Shown here: piece by piece, positions 1 through 13,372 of the stretch | Numbering within the stretch: the stretch's first letter is position 1 | Layout of the letters: every line of letters starts with the position of its first letter | From: Octopus bimaculoides | Lineage: Eukaryota | Direction of reading: 5' to 3' | DNA length: 55,945 bases | Assembly: GCF_001194135.2 (NCBI RefSeq) | Contig: NC_068991.1 | Location: 58,261,322 to 58,317,266 of the forward strand | Program-made: the position numbers and the translations under genes | Notes under the pieces: generated by a model | What the model saw: only the letters and a program-made list of their open reading frames with translations | The model's database searches: none | What the model was told of the DNA's origin: nothing

Positions 1-1730
1 ATATATATATATATACGTACATATATGTGGGTGTATAGGTGTGCTTGCGTGTTTGCTTATTTATTTACTCATTGCAAGTGTGTATATATGTATATGAGTC
101 TGTACATTTCTTTATGTATCCTTATATAGCGTTAAGCTTCTTGACGCTTTTCGTGGGGTTTTTTGTGTTTTTTTTTTCACGCAAATTAGTTTACGAATGT
201 GAGTTTTCACTACTTATTCTTGTGTGGAGCAAATGGTGCGCGAGTGTGCGCAGTCGGCGACAGGTAGATGTCTCTTTTTGACATATTTCACAAAACACGA
301 TCATTTATCATTTGTCAATGACATAAAGTGAAATAGTAAAATTTCCTTTCGATATTGCCTTTTGCTAATATCGAAGAAAGCAACGAAAGAAGCACACAGG
401 CACGTAGATTCCCAGTCACACACGTCCACGCGTGCACGTACAAATACATCTATAATTGTATGACTGTATATATGTATTGCATGCGTGTGTTAGTATATGT
501 TTGTGTTGATATATTTATGTATGTATCTGAAGAGATAGTCAGCTTGTATTTTATGCAGTGTTTCAGATTTAGTTTTTCTCTGTAAAATGATTGAATACGC
601 TCTGCTGATCTTTCGTAGTTATTTACTATATCTATCAATTATCCTTCTATTGTGCTCTTTCTCAATCTCGCTTATTTCATATACGCTTGCGCATAGACGT
701 GCACACATATTCTCCTACCCTTTCTCTCTCCGTCTGTTTTTCTATCTATGTCTCAATAATTCTCACTTTGCATTCAACTACATTTATTCTTCCTCTTCAC
801 TTATGTCTGACGTTATCTCTCCTCCTCACTTTATCTCTTTATCACTATTTCTCTTTCTCCCCTCTCTCGCTCTAGCTGTCTGCCTCTTTCTCTTCCATTG
901 TCTGTCCTTCATCTATAGGCCATGGTTCTCTACAAAAAATTTCGACCTTCTCCATTTTCTTCTCTTCTCGCTTTATCAGTCTATCTCGTTCACTATATCT
1001 GCTGCTTTCTTATTCTACCCTCGTTTTTTCCCCGAACTTTCTCTCCAATTGCATCCGTATCTCTCTTCCTCTTTCTCCCTTTCTATCTTTCTCTCTCTCC
1101 CTCATTCTACCTCACTAGTTCCCACATACTGTCAATTTTTCCAATTCTTTCTCTTTCTTTCTTTCTTTCTTTATTACTTTCTTTCTTTCTTTCTTTCTGT
1201 CTCTCTCTCTCTCCCTCTCTGTGATATTCTGCCTATCACATTTTCTTCTTATCTTACTAGATCCACCTTATACTGCCTTTATTTCTATCTAACTCAGGAT
1301 AAATTCCGTCACTCTGACCTGCTCCCTCCTTCTCTCACTTTTCTCTCTCCCTCTCTCATTTATTCTTTTTGAGATATTCTGTCTTCCACTCTTTCACACT
1401 CTCTTTATAACCCTACCTCACAATCGCATTACCACTAACTTACTTGTCTTTACTTACAATCTCTACCTCTCACTCTCTCCCCCAGTCTATACCATTATCT
1501 CTCGATTATTCACACCTACTCTCTTTACCTTGTTTGTTTCCCTAGTTTCTATTCCTATTTCCTATCTGTATATGCCTCACTGCAACTGTTTACAATACTT
1601 TGCCCCTCTGCCTCCTTTACATCTCCTTCCCCTTTCACGACACAATTTCTCTACATCATAGCCTTTTCTTTTCATCTATTGTATGCGCCTAAAGACTCAT
1701 TTTTTTCTCGCAATATTTCTTTCAGCCTGC

Positions 1731-1775
<45 letters not shown>

Positions 1776-2055
1776 NNNNNNNNNNNNNNNNNNNNNNNNN
1801 NNNNNNNNNNNNNNNNNNNNNNNNNNNNNNNNNNNNNNNNNNNNNNNNNNNNNNNNTATATATATATATATATATTTATCTATCTATCATTCTATCTTTC
1901 TGTGAGTCTGTCTGTCTATCTATCTATATATATATGCATGTATATATATGTATATATACGTATATAAATATATGTGTGTATATATGTGTGTGTGTGTGTT
2001 TATTTAGTTATGTAACCATGTATGTATGTATGTCTCTATCTATCTATCTAGTTAT

Positions 2056-2099
<44 letters not shown>

Positions 2100-2311
2100 T
2101 AAACTGTATATATAAACACACACACTAAAACACACACACATATGTACATATATTTGTATAGCTATCCCCCCTTTCCTCTCTTTCACTTTTTTCTCTATCC
2201 TATATGTAAACGCAATTTCTTATATTCCATTGAACATGAATAAATCTAACTTATATTGAGAATGTTTAAAATTCCGGAGAAAGCTATTAAGACGAGAATA
2301 ATAGAAATGGA

Positions 2312-2322
2312 ACGATGATGAA

Positions 2323-2370
<48 letters not shown>

Positions 2371-2476
2371 AATAACATTAATAATAATAATTTAATATTT
2401 TCGAACGAGGCCAACAAATTCGTGGGGTATATTTTACCCCAGTGTCATTTTGATGGCATGCACTGCTCTCTCACTC

Positions 2477-2536
<60 letters not shown>
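2312..2536. repeat. (GAT)n at 2312-2370 and (AAT)n at 2478-2536
   Basis: Read directly from the sequence. Confidence 0.97.
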
Positions 2537-2537
<1 letters not shown>

Positions 2538-3779
2538 TACCTTCTACTATAATCACCTACCTCGAGCCAAAAATATTCCAAGCACAAGGCCTAGATTTTA
2601 TGGGAGAGAAATAGTGGATTACATTGACCCCAGCATCCGACTGGNNNNNNNNNNNNNNNNNNNNNNNNNNNNNNNNNNNNNNNNNNNNNNNNNNNNNNNN
2701 NNNNNNNNNNNNNNNNNNNNNNNNNNNNNNNNNNNNNNNNNNNNNNNNNNNNNNNNNNNNNNNNNNNNNNNNNNNNNNNNNNNNNNNNNNNNNNNNNNNN
2801 NNNNNNNNNNNNNNNNNNNNNNNNNNNNNNNNNNNNNNNNNNNNNNNNNNNNNNNNNNNNNNNNNNNNNNNNNNNNNNNNNNNNNNNNNNNNNNNNNNNN
2901 NNNNNNNNNNNNNNNNNNNNNNNNNNNNNNNNNNNNNNNNNNNNNNNNNNNNNNNNNNNNNNNNNNNNNNNNNNNNNNNNNNNNNNNNNNNNNNNNNNNN
3001 NNNNNNNNNNNNNNNNNNNNNNNNNNNNNNNNNNNNNNNNNNNNNNNNNNNNNNNNNNNNNNNNNNNNNNNNNNNNNNNNNNNNNNNNNNNNNNNNNNNN
3101 NNNNNNNNNNNNNNNNNNNNNNNNNNNNNNNNNNNNNNNNNNNNNNNNNNNNNNNNNNNNNNNNNNNNNNNNNNNNNNNNNNNNNNNNNNNNNNNNNNNN
3201 NNNNNNNNNNNNNNNNNNNNNNNNNNNNNNNNNNNNNNNNNNNNNNNNNNNNNNNNNNNNNNNNNNNNNNNNNNNNNNNNNNNNNNNNNNNNNNNNNNNN
3301 NNNNNNNNNNNNNNNNNNNNNNNNNNNNNNNNNNNNNNNNNNNNNNNNNNNNNNNNNNNNNNNNNNNNNNNNNNNNNNNNNNNNNNNNNNNNNNNNNNNN
3401 NNNNNNNNNNNNNNNNNNNNNNNNNNNNNNNNNNNNNNNNNNNNNNNNNNNNNNNNNNNNNNNAGAAAAAGAGAGGGAGAGAAAGAGAGACATAGAAATT
3501 TAGGGACTGTTGATGATGTTTTATTAAAAGTAGTAGTGTTGATGGTGACAATGGGAGTAATAATAAGAGAGCGAGAGAGTGGGTATGTGACAGAAAGAGG
3601 GAGATGATGTACAACTTTCCTGGACAGAAATTCCTGTGGCCAGCACACTGAACCAACTATTAAACCCTATCATTTTTGTTTTATTTTTTGCTTTCTTTAA
3701 TACACACATATATATATATATAAATGTGTGTGCGTGTGCGGCATTTTTTTTCCTTCTGGCTTTGTGCAAAAATTTGAAA

Positions 3780-4330
3780 CCGTTATTACTAACGTCGTCG
3801 GCGCCAACGCCGTTATCGACATCATCGTAGTTACCGCCGTCGAAGTTGCCCTCGTCATCACTGCCATCTTGTGGCCACCGCTGCTTGAATCGTAATCGCC
3901 GCCGTTGTAGTCTTCGTCGTATAGTCTAGCTGTTTCCATCGCTGCCGCCGCCATTTTCCTCATCGTCGGCCTCGTTGTAGACAACGTCAATGCCGATGAC
4001 GTCGTCGTCAACGTCAATGCCGATGACGTCATTGTCAACGTCAATGCCGATGACGTCATCGTCAACGTCATCATAATCGTCGCCATCGACGTCGACATCG
4101 TCGTCGTAGCTGCCAACATCGTTGTCATCGGTCTAGTTGTCACAGCCGTTGTCATTGCCGACGACGCCATTTTTCTCGACGTCACCGCCATGTTGGACGA
4201 TGTCACTGCCGACGTCGTCGTCCTCGTCGTGGCGATAATCGTGTTGGTGGCAGATATAGTAGTGGTTGTGTTAGAGACATTTATAATAATGGTTGTGTTG
4301 GCCACGATGACGACGACGACGACGACTGGA
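3780..4330. repeat. Degenerate (GTC/ATC)n low-complexity, CpG-rich tract with a 24-bp unit repeated three times
   Basis: gtcaacgtcaatgccgatgacgtc-type unit repeated at ~3980-4070, within a background of gtc/gtt/atc triplets. Confidence 0.85.
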
Positions 4331-5029
4331 TTTCATTCTCCTCTCGTAAAGAGACAACGCAGAGAACAATAATCTCGAGAAAGAAATCATATTCACAACA
4401 GAATTAATAGTCTTTACTTTATAAACGACACGATCATCAACATTTTTGTTTTTATTATTATTCCAAAAGATCTCAGAGAACAACATAACGGCAGGATATT
4501 TCAATCTCTCTCTTTCGTCACTTTCAAATTATAATTGTATTATTTTCCGGATAATCTCAAATGAATAATTAATAGGCTTTGCTTTTATATAAAAGTTTGA
4601 TTTAGTAAAACCGTGAATAAATGAACAAATTGGACGGATTTAATTGATGTCTTTTATTTTTTTCTTGTGGTCAGTGTATGGAACTGACGTTGTAAGAATT
4701 CTTCAAAGTGATTTAATTCCGTCTTTGCTTCTATTTCATTTCCTGCGATAGTATTATAGTGATTTTCAATTCCCTGGTTTTTATTAAACGGTTTTACTTC
4801 AATGCAACGTCTAAAATGATTTCTTTTGACTTGGCGATGCAATAGGCAATGCTTTGTAACGAAGGGATAATATTGGATTTAATAGAAGTTAACATATTAT
4901 TGCTGCTTTAGTAATTTAGTACCTATTTCATTGATATCAGGTGGATAATTCTCAATTCTTATATTGAGTCCAGAATGAGCGCTGACTTGTGGAACATTTA
5001 GAAGAGTGGACTAAATATCCTTTCTAATT

Positions 5030-5420
5030 TAAGCACAAGGCCAGCAATTCTCAGGGACGGAAAAGCCCAGTGATCAACTAGCACCTGTCTTATTGATGCC
5101 AGTGATCAACTGGTGCTTGTCTTGTCGAGCCTGAAAACGATGATAGGCGAAGTCGACCTCGGTGGAATTTCAAGTCAGAAAGTAAAGACGGGAGAAATAC
5201 CGATAAACTTTTCGTCCGGCGTGCAAAATGTGGACAAAAATTTGGTTTCAAATTTTGGCACATGGTCAGCAATCTTGAGGGTGGAAGACCCCAGTGCTTA
5301 TTTTATCGACCTCGAAAGTATGAAAGGCAAAGTCGGCCTCGGTGAAACTTGAAATCAGAAAGCAAAGATAGACACAATGCCGATAAGCGTTTTGTCCGAT
5401 GTGCTAAAATTGCACTAAAT
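5030..5420 (-). mobile_element. Degraded tandem SINE-A fragments
   Basis: Two copies of aggcraagtcgrcctcggtgRaa.tt.aa.tcagaaag (~5146-5185 and ~5326-5362), plus a tail fragment aagcacaaggcc at ~5031. Confidence 0.75.
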
Positions 5421-5851
5421 ACCAAGCAAACAATTTGTTAATCCATTTACGATCCGAAATCAAGTCCTACCGAGAGAACGATTCATATTTCAACCTCAGG
5501 ATTTGATAAATGTAATTACTGCAGTTCTCTTGTTGCTGCCGTTGAATCACATATCAGCACCGAAAACCTATCCAACTAACTGGCAGTATCGACAGAGCGC
5601 AATACATAATGCCATCCTCATTTTCTTTCTCCTGAGTTCTAATCTTACACTGAGTTCTAATCCTACACTGGTAACTCCTCCGTTGCGTTGTTACCGATAA
5701 AATAAGTACAAGTCCCGAGCTAGGGATTGATGAAATTGTATGAGCGCTGGCTGAGATGACTTGTGGTACTAGTTTAGGCTATATTTTACATTGTGAGTTC
5801 TTCATTGGTACATTTTTAATCTGTTTAGTTGTATAGTAGCAGAACTTGACC

Positions 5852-6030
5852 CTATGCGCACTTCAAGAAGTCACATGTTTCTTAAAATCAGAGGCCGTAT
5901 TTCTGGTACAATCACGTTACAGTCCAGAGTATCCACGGACATCGTGTAGATCATGTTCATGGATACCAAATGTCCAGAAATAATACAGCCTCTGATCTTG
6001 AGAAACACGTGACTTGTGAAATGCGCATAG
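5852..6030. repeat. Long imperfect palindrome with a nested inner hairpin (MITE-like)
   Basis: Left arm ctatgcgcacttcaagaagtcacatgtttcttaaaatcagaggccgtatttctgg; reverse complement of right arm ctatgcgcatttcacaagtcacgtgtttctcaagatcagaggctgtattatttctgg. Inner stem 5929-5942/5953-5966. Confidence 0.9.
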
Positions 6031-6069
6031 CGATACATTAAAATATTTATAAATTCCATTCAAGGATTA

Positions 6070-6119
<50 letters not shown>

Positions 6120-7066
6120 ACTCTGTGTGTGAATGCATGTGCGAATGTGTGTGTGCGTGTGTGTGTCTGTCTGTCTGTGTGTGTGTGTTTCATAAGTATA
6201 TATAATTTTTCTTCAGCCTGGCACTCAAAGGCCGTTTACCCGATTTCCATGATATATGAGTGACTGATAACATAATGCAACTCTAGAAGGTGACGCCATT
6301 CCGTTGCAGAAGACAAGGTTAGCATTTTTTTTTAAGGGATGGTCAAGTCAGTTGCATCGAAAACCAGTACTTGACTGGACCCCGTTTCATCTACATCAAA
6401 TGGAGAACAAAAAATGTCAGCCTCTACAGAACTTGAACTGTAAACTTTTTAAAAAGTAGAAAGGAATGTCGCTAAGTATTTTGTTCGATGCACCATCGAA
6501 TCTGCCAATTGGCCACCATATACATATATATTCAGTGGGTTAATTACTTAGTTGAATATAATGAATCTCAGCCACAATGGTAGGCGAGGGGAGGGGGTGG
6601 ACTACCCCCACAATTCTCCTTTCTTTCATAATATTCAGTCTTTTCCTCCTATAATATATATTAAAAAGAATATGCCGTGTTATTTCCAAATAATATCCAT
6701 TGACAAATTTAATGATTTAATCACGTGACATTCTATTAATTAACGCAGTCGTCTTGAGATGAGAGGAAAATTGGTTTTACGCACGCACATACACATACTA
6801 GTGTGTGTATGTGTGTATGTTTTTGTATGTGAATGTATATGTATATATAAATATCATTCATCATGTATATACATAAAAATACTCACATACACACACAGAT
6901 ATATATANNNNNNNNNNNNNNNNNNNNNNNNTATATATATATACATATATGAACATACATATATATATATGTGTGTGTGTGTATGTATGCATATATATAT
7001 ATATACACCGGTAGACACACAGATACATGCACCGACTCTCTCTGTCTCCCCATCTCTATCTCTCTA

Positions 7067-7111
<45 letters not shown>

Positions 7112-8481
7112 CTCACACACACACACACATAAACGTACAATCACTCGCATATGTATGTACATCTAAATGTATGTGTATATGTGCGTGCGTGACTATGTGT
7201 CTGTGAATGCGTGAAACTCCATGCCCATGTATGTGTGATCATGAGTATAGACTATTAGTTTCTCGTCATCTGAGAAGCATAAATTTCCTTGAAGAAAATG
7301 TTCCTTGTGATTCTATAAATCAAATTATTCGTTTGCCTTAAATCTTAAATCTGATAACGAAACAAAAATCAGAAACGCAAACAAACATTCAAGAGAAATA
7401 CATTCGCTCATAATACAATCAAATTTTAAAAAAATAACCATTAACAAATAAAAGAGCAAAAACAATACCGAAAGGATTAGCAATTTTTCAAACTTCTCTG
7501 AGATAAACTTCGTGTGTAATTATTCTCAAGTTTTATTTTGAAAGAAATTTAAACTTTTTTGTTTATATAAAATAATGTAAGATATTAAAACAACATAATT
7601 CCCTGTGTGTAAAATATATGATGTGAATATTTGCAATAATGACGATAATATATTTTAATAAAAGTATAGATATCGGCTATTAAATATCCAATCATTGGTT
7701 GTGTATTGGGAATCCTTATATTTCGATTACAACCCAACACTTTCGTACTAATGATACTCATGGGTTGAAGTAGTTGAGATGATTTTGATCAATCGTTTGT
7801 GAAAACAAGGAAAAAATGTTGTTAAGCGTCTTTTTTTCTAAGGCATTTATTGACCTTTTGATAAATAGTTTTGTTACCATTCTCTACTAGTTACTTCTAT
7901 AAGCATGTATCTATTCGTTTTTAAATATAGGGATCTAAAACATTTTTTCCTTGAGCTTTGGATACGCATCGATAGAGTTTAGAGGGATACGACTGACGTT
8001 CGATAACGTTCATATCGAAGCAGCCTCTGCAGTGGATTCGTCGTTTCTGAATGTCCTAGGGCTGGCAGTCTAAGTGGTAACAAAGAGGTAGAGTAGGTAC
8101 ATAGAAGCATTTGAAGAAGAGGATCTAGGAAAAGACAGACGAATATATTAGGTTCATTTAGACTAAGCCTGTATGCAGTATAGCCCTAAGTAAACAGTTT
8201 GGAAAGACAACATATCGGCTGGCTTGATGTTGAGTGTTTGTGACCAATTATTTCTTAATCTATCTAGCGGATAGCTTTTAGATGCAGTCTAGGATATTTG
8301 TTCGTGCAACAGCAGTAAACATTATTACAAATAATTATCACAAATAATCAGAAACTCAGATATTCAATCTCATATTACACACGCTCGGCAACACTCGCAG
8401 ACACACGCACCTACATATATACATACAAGACGTTGTCTAAAAATGTCCTCACGGTACTATCTACGAAGGGGTTTAGTTTAT

Positions 8482-8606
8482 ATGTCCACTCAGAAGGCTT
8501 TGGTTGACCCGAGGGTATAGTAAAAGACATTTTCCCAAATTATCAAGCAGTGGGACTGAACCCGGTACCATGTAATTGTTAAGCAAACTACTTACAACAC
8601 AGCCAC
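8482..8606 (-). mobile_element. SINE-D 5' half
   Basis: Reverse complement reads gtggctgtgttgtaagtagtttgctt...gggttcagtcccactg...aaccaaagccttctgagtgga. Confidence 0.75.
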
Positions 8607-9139
8607 TTCTGAGTTAAAGTTTTCTTTGTGATTATTTTATTTATGGCACATAAGGTATCAATTAAATCGCAATCAGTTGTGTACAACTAAATTCTGATTT
8701 TTCGTGGTTCTCTCTATGCGTTTCAGTGTATCTCATCATTTGTGTCCAGGCGTGTATGTTTACGTATATGAGGATGAGCGTGTGTGTTTAATGCATGTGT
8801 GTAAGTTTTGACATTCATTCATGAATGCATAGCCAAATATTTACTTGATAGAGGCTGTCATTCTCAGTGTACATATAAAATTGCGTGAATCAGTGTGGTT
8901 ACGTATCAACAGAGTGAAACTCTTTCTTTGAAGACAACCAACGTGATCTGCAGAAATGCAACCCGAGAAGAATGTAAGAAATTTATTGCTGAAATCTGAG
9001 TCGTGTATTAACGTTGATTTTATTATGTTCAGAACTTTATGGCAGATTTAAATGCACTACAGGCATACATGCATACGTACATATAGGTATACATACCTAT
9101 ATACCTATATACATACATATATATATAATACACTGAAAT

Positions 9140-9294
9140 CAATTATCTCCCAGGTATTTGGGTCAATGTAGGAGCGGATTAGAATGGCCTTGGGCTGGTC
9201 TGCAAAACGGAATTTGGGGTCTCTGCATGGTTTGGTGGAGAAAGCCAACTCCGGAAAGAGGAGTCGCCGGGGAAGAATCTTTTGNNNNNNNNNN

Positions 9295-9346
<52 letters not shown>

Positions 9347-10000
9347 CACTGAAATGTATACATACCTATATACATACATATATATATAATACACTGAAAT
9401 CAATTATCTCCCAGGTATTTGGGTCAATGTAGGAGCGGATTAGAATGGCCTTGGGCTGGTCTGCAAAACGGAATTTGGGGTCTCTGCATGGTTTGGTGGA
9501 GAAAGCCAACTCCGGAAAGAGGAGTCGCCGGGGAAGAATCTTTTGAATCTTTTGAATCAAAAGTATGATGTGTCCTCACAGCAAAGGTGGATGTTGCCCA
9601 GTGCATAACCTCTTCATTGGTAGCATAGTCCTTCCACCGAATTCTCATGACTGTACGAAATTTGTGCTGTTGGAAATGTTCGCTATTCTTCAAGTCATAT
9701 CGATAGAATACCCACGTCTCACAATCATTGAAGAGAGTGGGTATATATACCCAACATAAGTTTTGTTTTGATGGAGAGTTCGTCGTTTGTGAAAACTCAT
9801 TTTGGAAGCCATCGAAAAGAAACGTGGGCTGCGTTGTGATGATCTTGTTCTCGATGTCATTCTGAATGGTACAACCGCTCAACTGTCAGCTTCACGATTT
9901 CCAGGACAGTGTCACGTAGTCTTATGTCAATGGCACCAGGGAGAGATTGTCAGGATGTGTACACATGTAAGACTAATGTGAGCGTCTGGTGTGTTGGCGT
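9140..10000 (-). mobile_element. RTE-clade LINE, 3' fragment (RT C-terminal region)
   Basis: ORF 9424-9882 contains GCTIQNDIENKI...IPTLFNDCETWVFYRYDLKNSEHFQQHKFRTVMRIRWKDYATNEEVMHWA, matching the RTE pattern LLYGCETWTLY...LE.FHQ.CLR.IL.I.W.D.VTNEEVL. Next comes KRFFPGD.. (cf. K.L.FGEL). Upstream HISL...IL and LE.V segments fit the preceding region. Confidence 0.88.
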
Positions 10001-10429
10001 GTTGTGTCTGGTGCCACGCAATAATGATAGCGTTTTGAAAGGAGCTGGCCAAATCTTTTTGAGGAACTTAGCCACGTAGAAAATGTGTAAAAGCCCTTCA
10101 TATATATGTATGTGCGTGCGTTTGTGCGAGTGTGCATGTATATAAATATACGCGTCTTTGCATTTGTGCCCACCGTCGATTGATAACTGATATTGGTAAG
10201 GTGACAGGATTTAGTGGTGCGACAAAAGGCATTGACATGAAAAGTACTAGACTTCTAAATAAGTACAGGAATCTAATTTGTTTCCATTAAGCCGTTTAAG
10301 GTGGTGCCACGTCATGACCACAATCCAGTGACTGAAACGATTAAAAAATAATCAATAAAACATTCGAGAATATAATTGAATATATTTATGCTTAACCAGT
10401 GCTGCCTTGACAATAATATAAATAAACAA

Positions 10430-10670
10430 GAAGGCAGAGAGCTGGAAGAAATGTTAAAACTCCGGGCAAAATGCTTAGGGATATTAGGTTCTGAGTTCAT
10501 TACGCTCTGAATTCATTACGTTCTGAGTTCAAATATCGTGTGGGAAGACTTTGTCTTTCATTCTTCCGGTGTTGATGAAACAAGTACGGGTTGAGCACTG
10601 GGGTTGATGTATACGACTTATCCCACCCTTGAAGTTGACGCCCTTGTGCTCAAATTTGAAATCAATGTAA
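10430..10670 (+). mobile_element. SINE-A copy, diverged, with an internal duplication of ttctgagttca
   Basis: gagctggaagaaatgttaaaactccgggcaaaatgcttagg...ttctgagttcaaat...ccttgtgctcaaatttgaaatc. Confidence 0.7.
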
Positions 10671-11399
10671 GTGCATAAGCAATGCCAGTTTAAGATTTCT
10701 ATTCAGGAATAGAGGCAGTGTGAATATCAAATTTTACGTGTATTACACTTCAGTTAGATATACCGAATTTATTGACGATGAGAGACAATTTTAAATATAT
10801 CACTTCAGCATAATCATCNNNNNNNNNNNNNNNNNNNNNNNNNNNNNNNNNNNNNNNNNNNNNNNNNNNNNNNNNNNNNNNNNNNNNNNNNNNNNNNNNN
10901 NNNNNNNNNNNNNNNNNNNNNNNNNNNNNNNNNNNNNNNNNNNNNNNNNNNNNNNNNNNNNNNNNNNNNNNNNNNNNNNNNNNNNNNNNNNNNNNNNNNN
11001 NNNNNNNNNNNNNNNNNNNNNNNNNNNNNNNNNNNNNNNNNNNNNNNNNNNNNNNNNNNNNNNNNNNNNNNNNNNNNNNNNNNNNNNNNNNNNNNNNNNN
11101 NNNNNNNNNNNNNNNNNNNNNNNNNNNNNNNNNNNNNNNNNNNNNNNNNNNNNNNNNNNNNNNNNNNNNNNNNNNNNNNNNNNNNNNNNNNNNNNNNNNN
11201 NNNNNNNNNNNNNNNNNNNNNNNNNNNNNNNNNNNNNNNNNNNNNNNNNNNNNNNNNNNNNNNNNNNNNNNNNNNNNNNNNNNNNNNNNNNNNNNNNNNN
11301 NNNNNNNNNNNNNNNNNNNNNNNNNNNNNNNNNNNNNNNNNNNNNNNNNNNNNNNNNNNNNNNNNNTATATATATATATATATATATATATAGATAGAC

Positions 11400-11484
<85 letters not shown>

Positions 11485-11749
11485 TACATACATAAACATA
11501 TACATATTTGTTTGCATTATCAGACACACACACACACTTATATAGATTCAGATATTGATGTCTGTTTAAAAAGCTCACTTTTCATTCCTGTGGTTTCGGG
11601 TTTCGTTCCTCTGCGGCACACCTTAGGCAAGTTGTTCTTCAGCTAAAGCTCCGAAGTATATGTGTACGTATGTGTATATGCGCGTCTATTCGCGTCTATG
11701 CACGTCTGTATAGGCCTCTGCATGCGTATGTGTGTTCGTGATTTTTAGG

Positions 11750-12190
11750 CTTTGTAAACACGCCATCTGTATTTATCGATGCAGCAATTGCATGTGTGAT
11801 GCTATTATAGGTCCTATGTTTTCTTTTAAACAATACAGAGAACAGTGTTGTAACCAGGGTTATTAGAGTATGTTCTGGAACATGTCTAATTTCAACAATT
11901 AATGTTTGACTTCTGGAAAACAGTTCAATGAAAAATAACACGAGAGTTGTAGATGTAGGGAAAAGGATAGCTTAATGTAGTGTATTGTAAGTGAGGCTCA
12001 ATATGGGATACAAGAGGTTTTCTAGAAATGAGTGTGTCTATTAAGATATCTAAATCAGGCTTATATCAAATATAGTGCTAGTGATGGAAGAAGCGACTGG
12101 AAGAGAGAACACGACTATGAGTTTCAGGTTGAAATTTGGGGGATTAAATCATTGGCTAAAATTTGAACATCCTTCTTCTAGTTGTCTAAA
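11750..12190 (-). mobile_element. Possible ancient Penelope-like RT remnant
   Basis: Minus-strand fragments HSFLENLLYPIL and HVPEHTLITL-VTTLFS resemble PLE LS.FLD.LL.P and P....L.T.DV.SLYT. Very degenerate. Confidence 0.3.
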
Positions 12191-12227
12191 TGTTTAGTGG
12201 TTGCATTGTGCCATATACATACATACA

Positions 12228-12267
<40 letters not shown>

Positions 12268-13227
12268 CAATATTCAAAGGACGTTTTTAAAAGAGTTTCG
12301 TTTAGGGCCAGCAAAGCTGTAGGAACTATACAATAAATGCAAGAAATTTACAGCTTAAGGAACAGGAAATATCCATAAGTATTAGATATTTATCCTAACT
12401 AAAAGAAATGGGAATAAAAAAATATGTAACCGCATTTATCATGGGCGTTTGGTTCCAAAATGTGTACCGTGTTAAATGAATCAGTGATAAATGAAAAATG
12501 GTTCATATGGGGAAAAATTTGTAATGAGTATTGGTGATGTAGCTGGAGTAAGCTTTGTCGCTCCAAGCAATTAGCTGATCGCCATCCCGTGTTATCAGAG
12601 ATTAATTCGTGATAAGCGTAACACGGTTCATAATTAGCCTGATCAGTTATGAATAAAACAGTGACAAACCAGGATAGATATCATAGATTTTTTTTTCTTT
12701 TTTCAAAGACAATTTTATAAAAGCAATTACTTTCATAAGTTACAAAGAAGATATTTTTGTAAAGAATAGTCTTTTGATAATAAACATGGATATATGTGAT
12801 ATTTTACAAAAGGTGTTCATATTTTGTTCGATGCAAACAACTCTTTTCCCATTTTCACTATTTTGTAAAAACTTGAACCATGACATTGTCGCTCAATTTA
12901 ACAAAAATAGAAACCATATAGTTTTGCATTTGTGTGTTGTTAAATGATATTATAGTATCAATATTTGCATCATTTAATGCAAACCTTACAGTGTTACTGA
13001 AGAAAGTAAATATCATATAAAAGTCTTAGGTACAATACGTTTGAGAAAAGCAGACAAAAATATTTCGGGTAAAATTTACTCGAACGCAACGAAGCTTTAT
13101 TTCGTTGACATGAGAATACAAAATGGTAAGTATTGGAGTCAACATGAAGTATTTTCATGATCATTAAACAGTGAAATGCTGCCTGTTCTACGTGAGTTTT
13201 GCTTTGTTTCTTAGAAATTATTACTTA

Positions 13228-13372
13228 CGTCGCAACTCATTTTTACAACTGAGTAAACTGGAGCGACATGAAATAAAGCGTTTTGCTCAAGAACACAACA
13301 CACAGCCCAGTCTGGGAATCGAACTCACTCACTCATAATTGTGAGCCCAACGCTTTAACCACTAAGCTATAC
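13228..13372 (-). mobile_element. SINE-C 5' fragment
   Basis: gtcgcaactcatttttacaactgagtaaactggagcgacatgaaataaagcgttttgctcaagaacacaacacacagccc aligns to 42025-42110. Confidence 0.8.

Noticed and set aside
587-1372. 261-aa hydrophobic ORF
   Set aside because: It lies in a ~1-kb CT-rich tract, which lacks stop codons for compositional reasons. F/L/S-only bias and no domain.
3697-4305. 202-aa mucin-like Thr/Ser ORF as a real CDS
   Set aside because: Explained by degenerate triplet repeats, with no signal peptide or clear splice context. Kept only as a low-interest finding.
4654-5010. Short open frames in unique AT-rich sequence
   Set aside because: No consistent long frame on either strand and no recognised motif.
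6208-6320. Acceptor ttttttcttcag with possible donors downstream
   Set aside because: All three frames stop before the donors, and the sequence looks like a decayed repeat next to a SINE remnant.
7700-8300. Possible Penelope RT N-terminal remnant on the minus strand (NKTIYQKV, GFPIH)
   Set aside because: The similarity is too short and too interrupted to distinguish from chance without an alignment.
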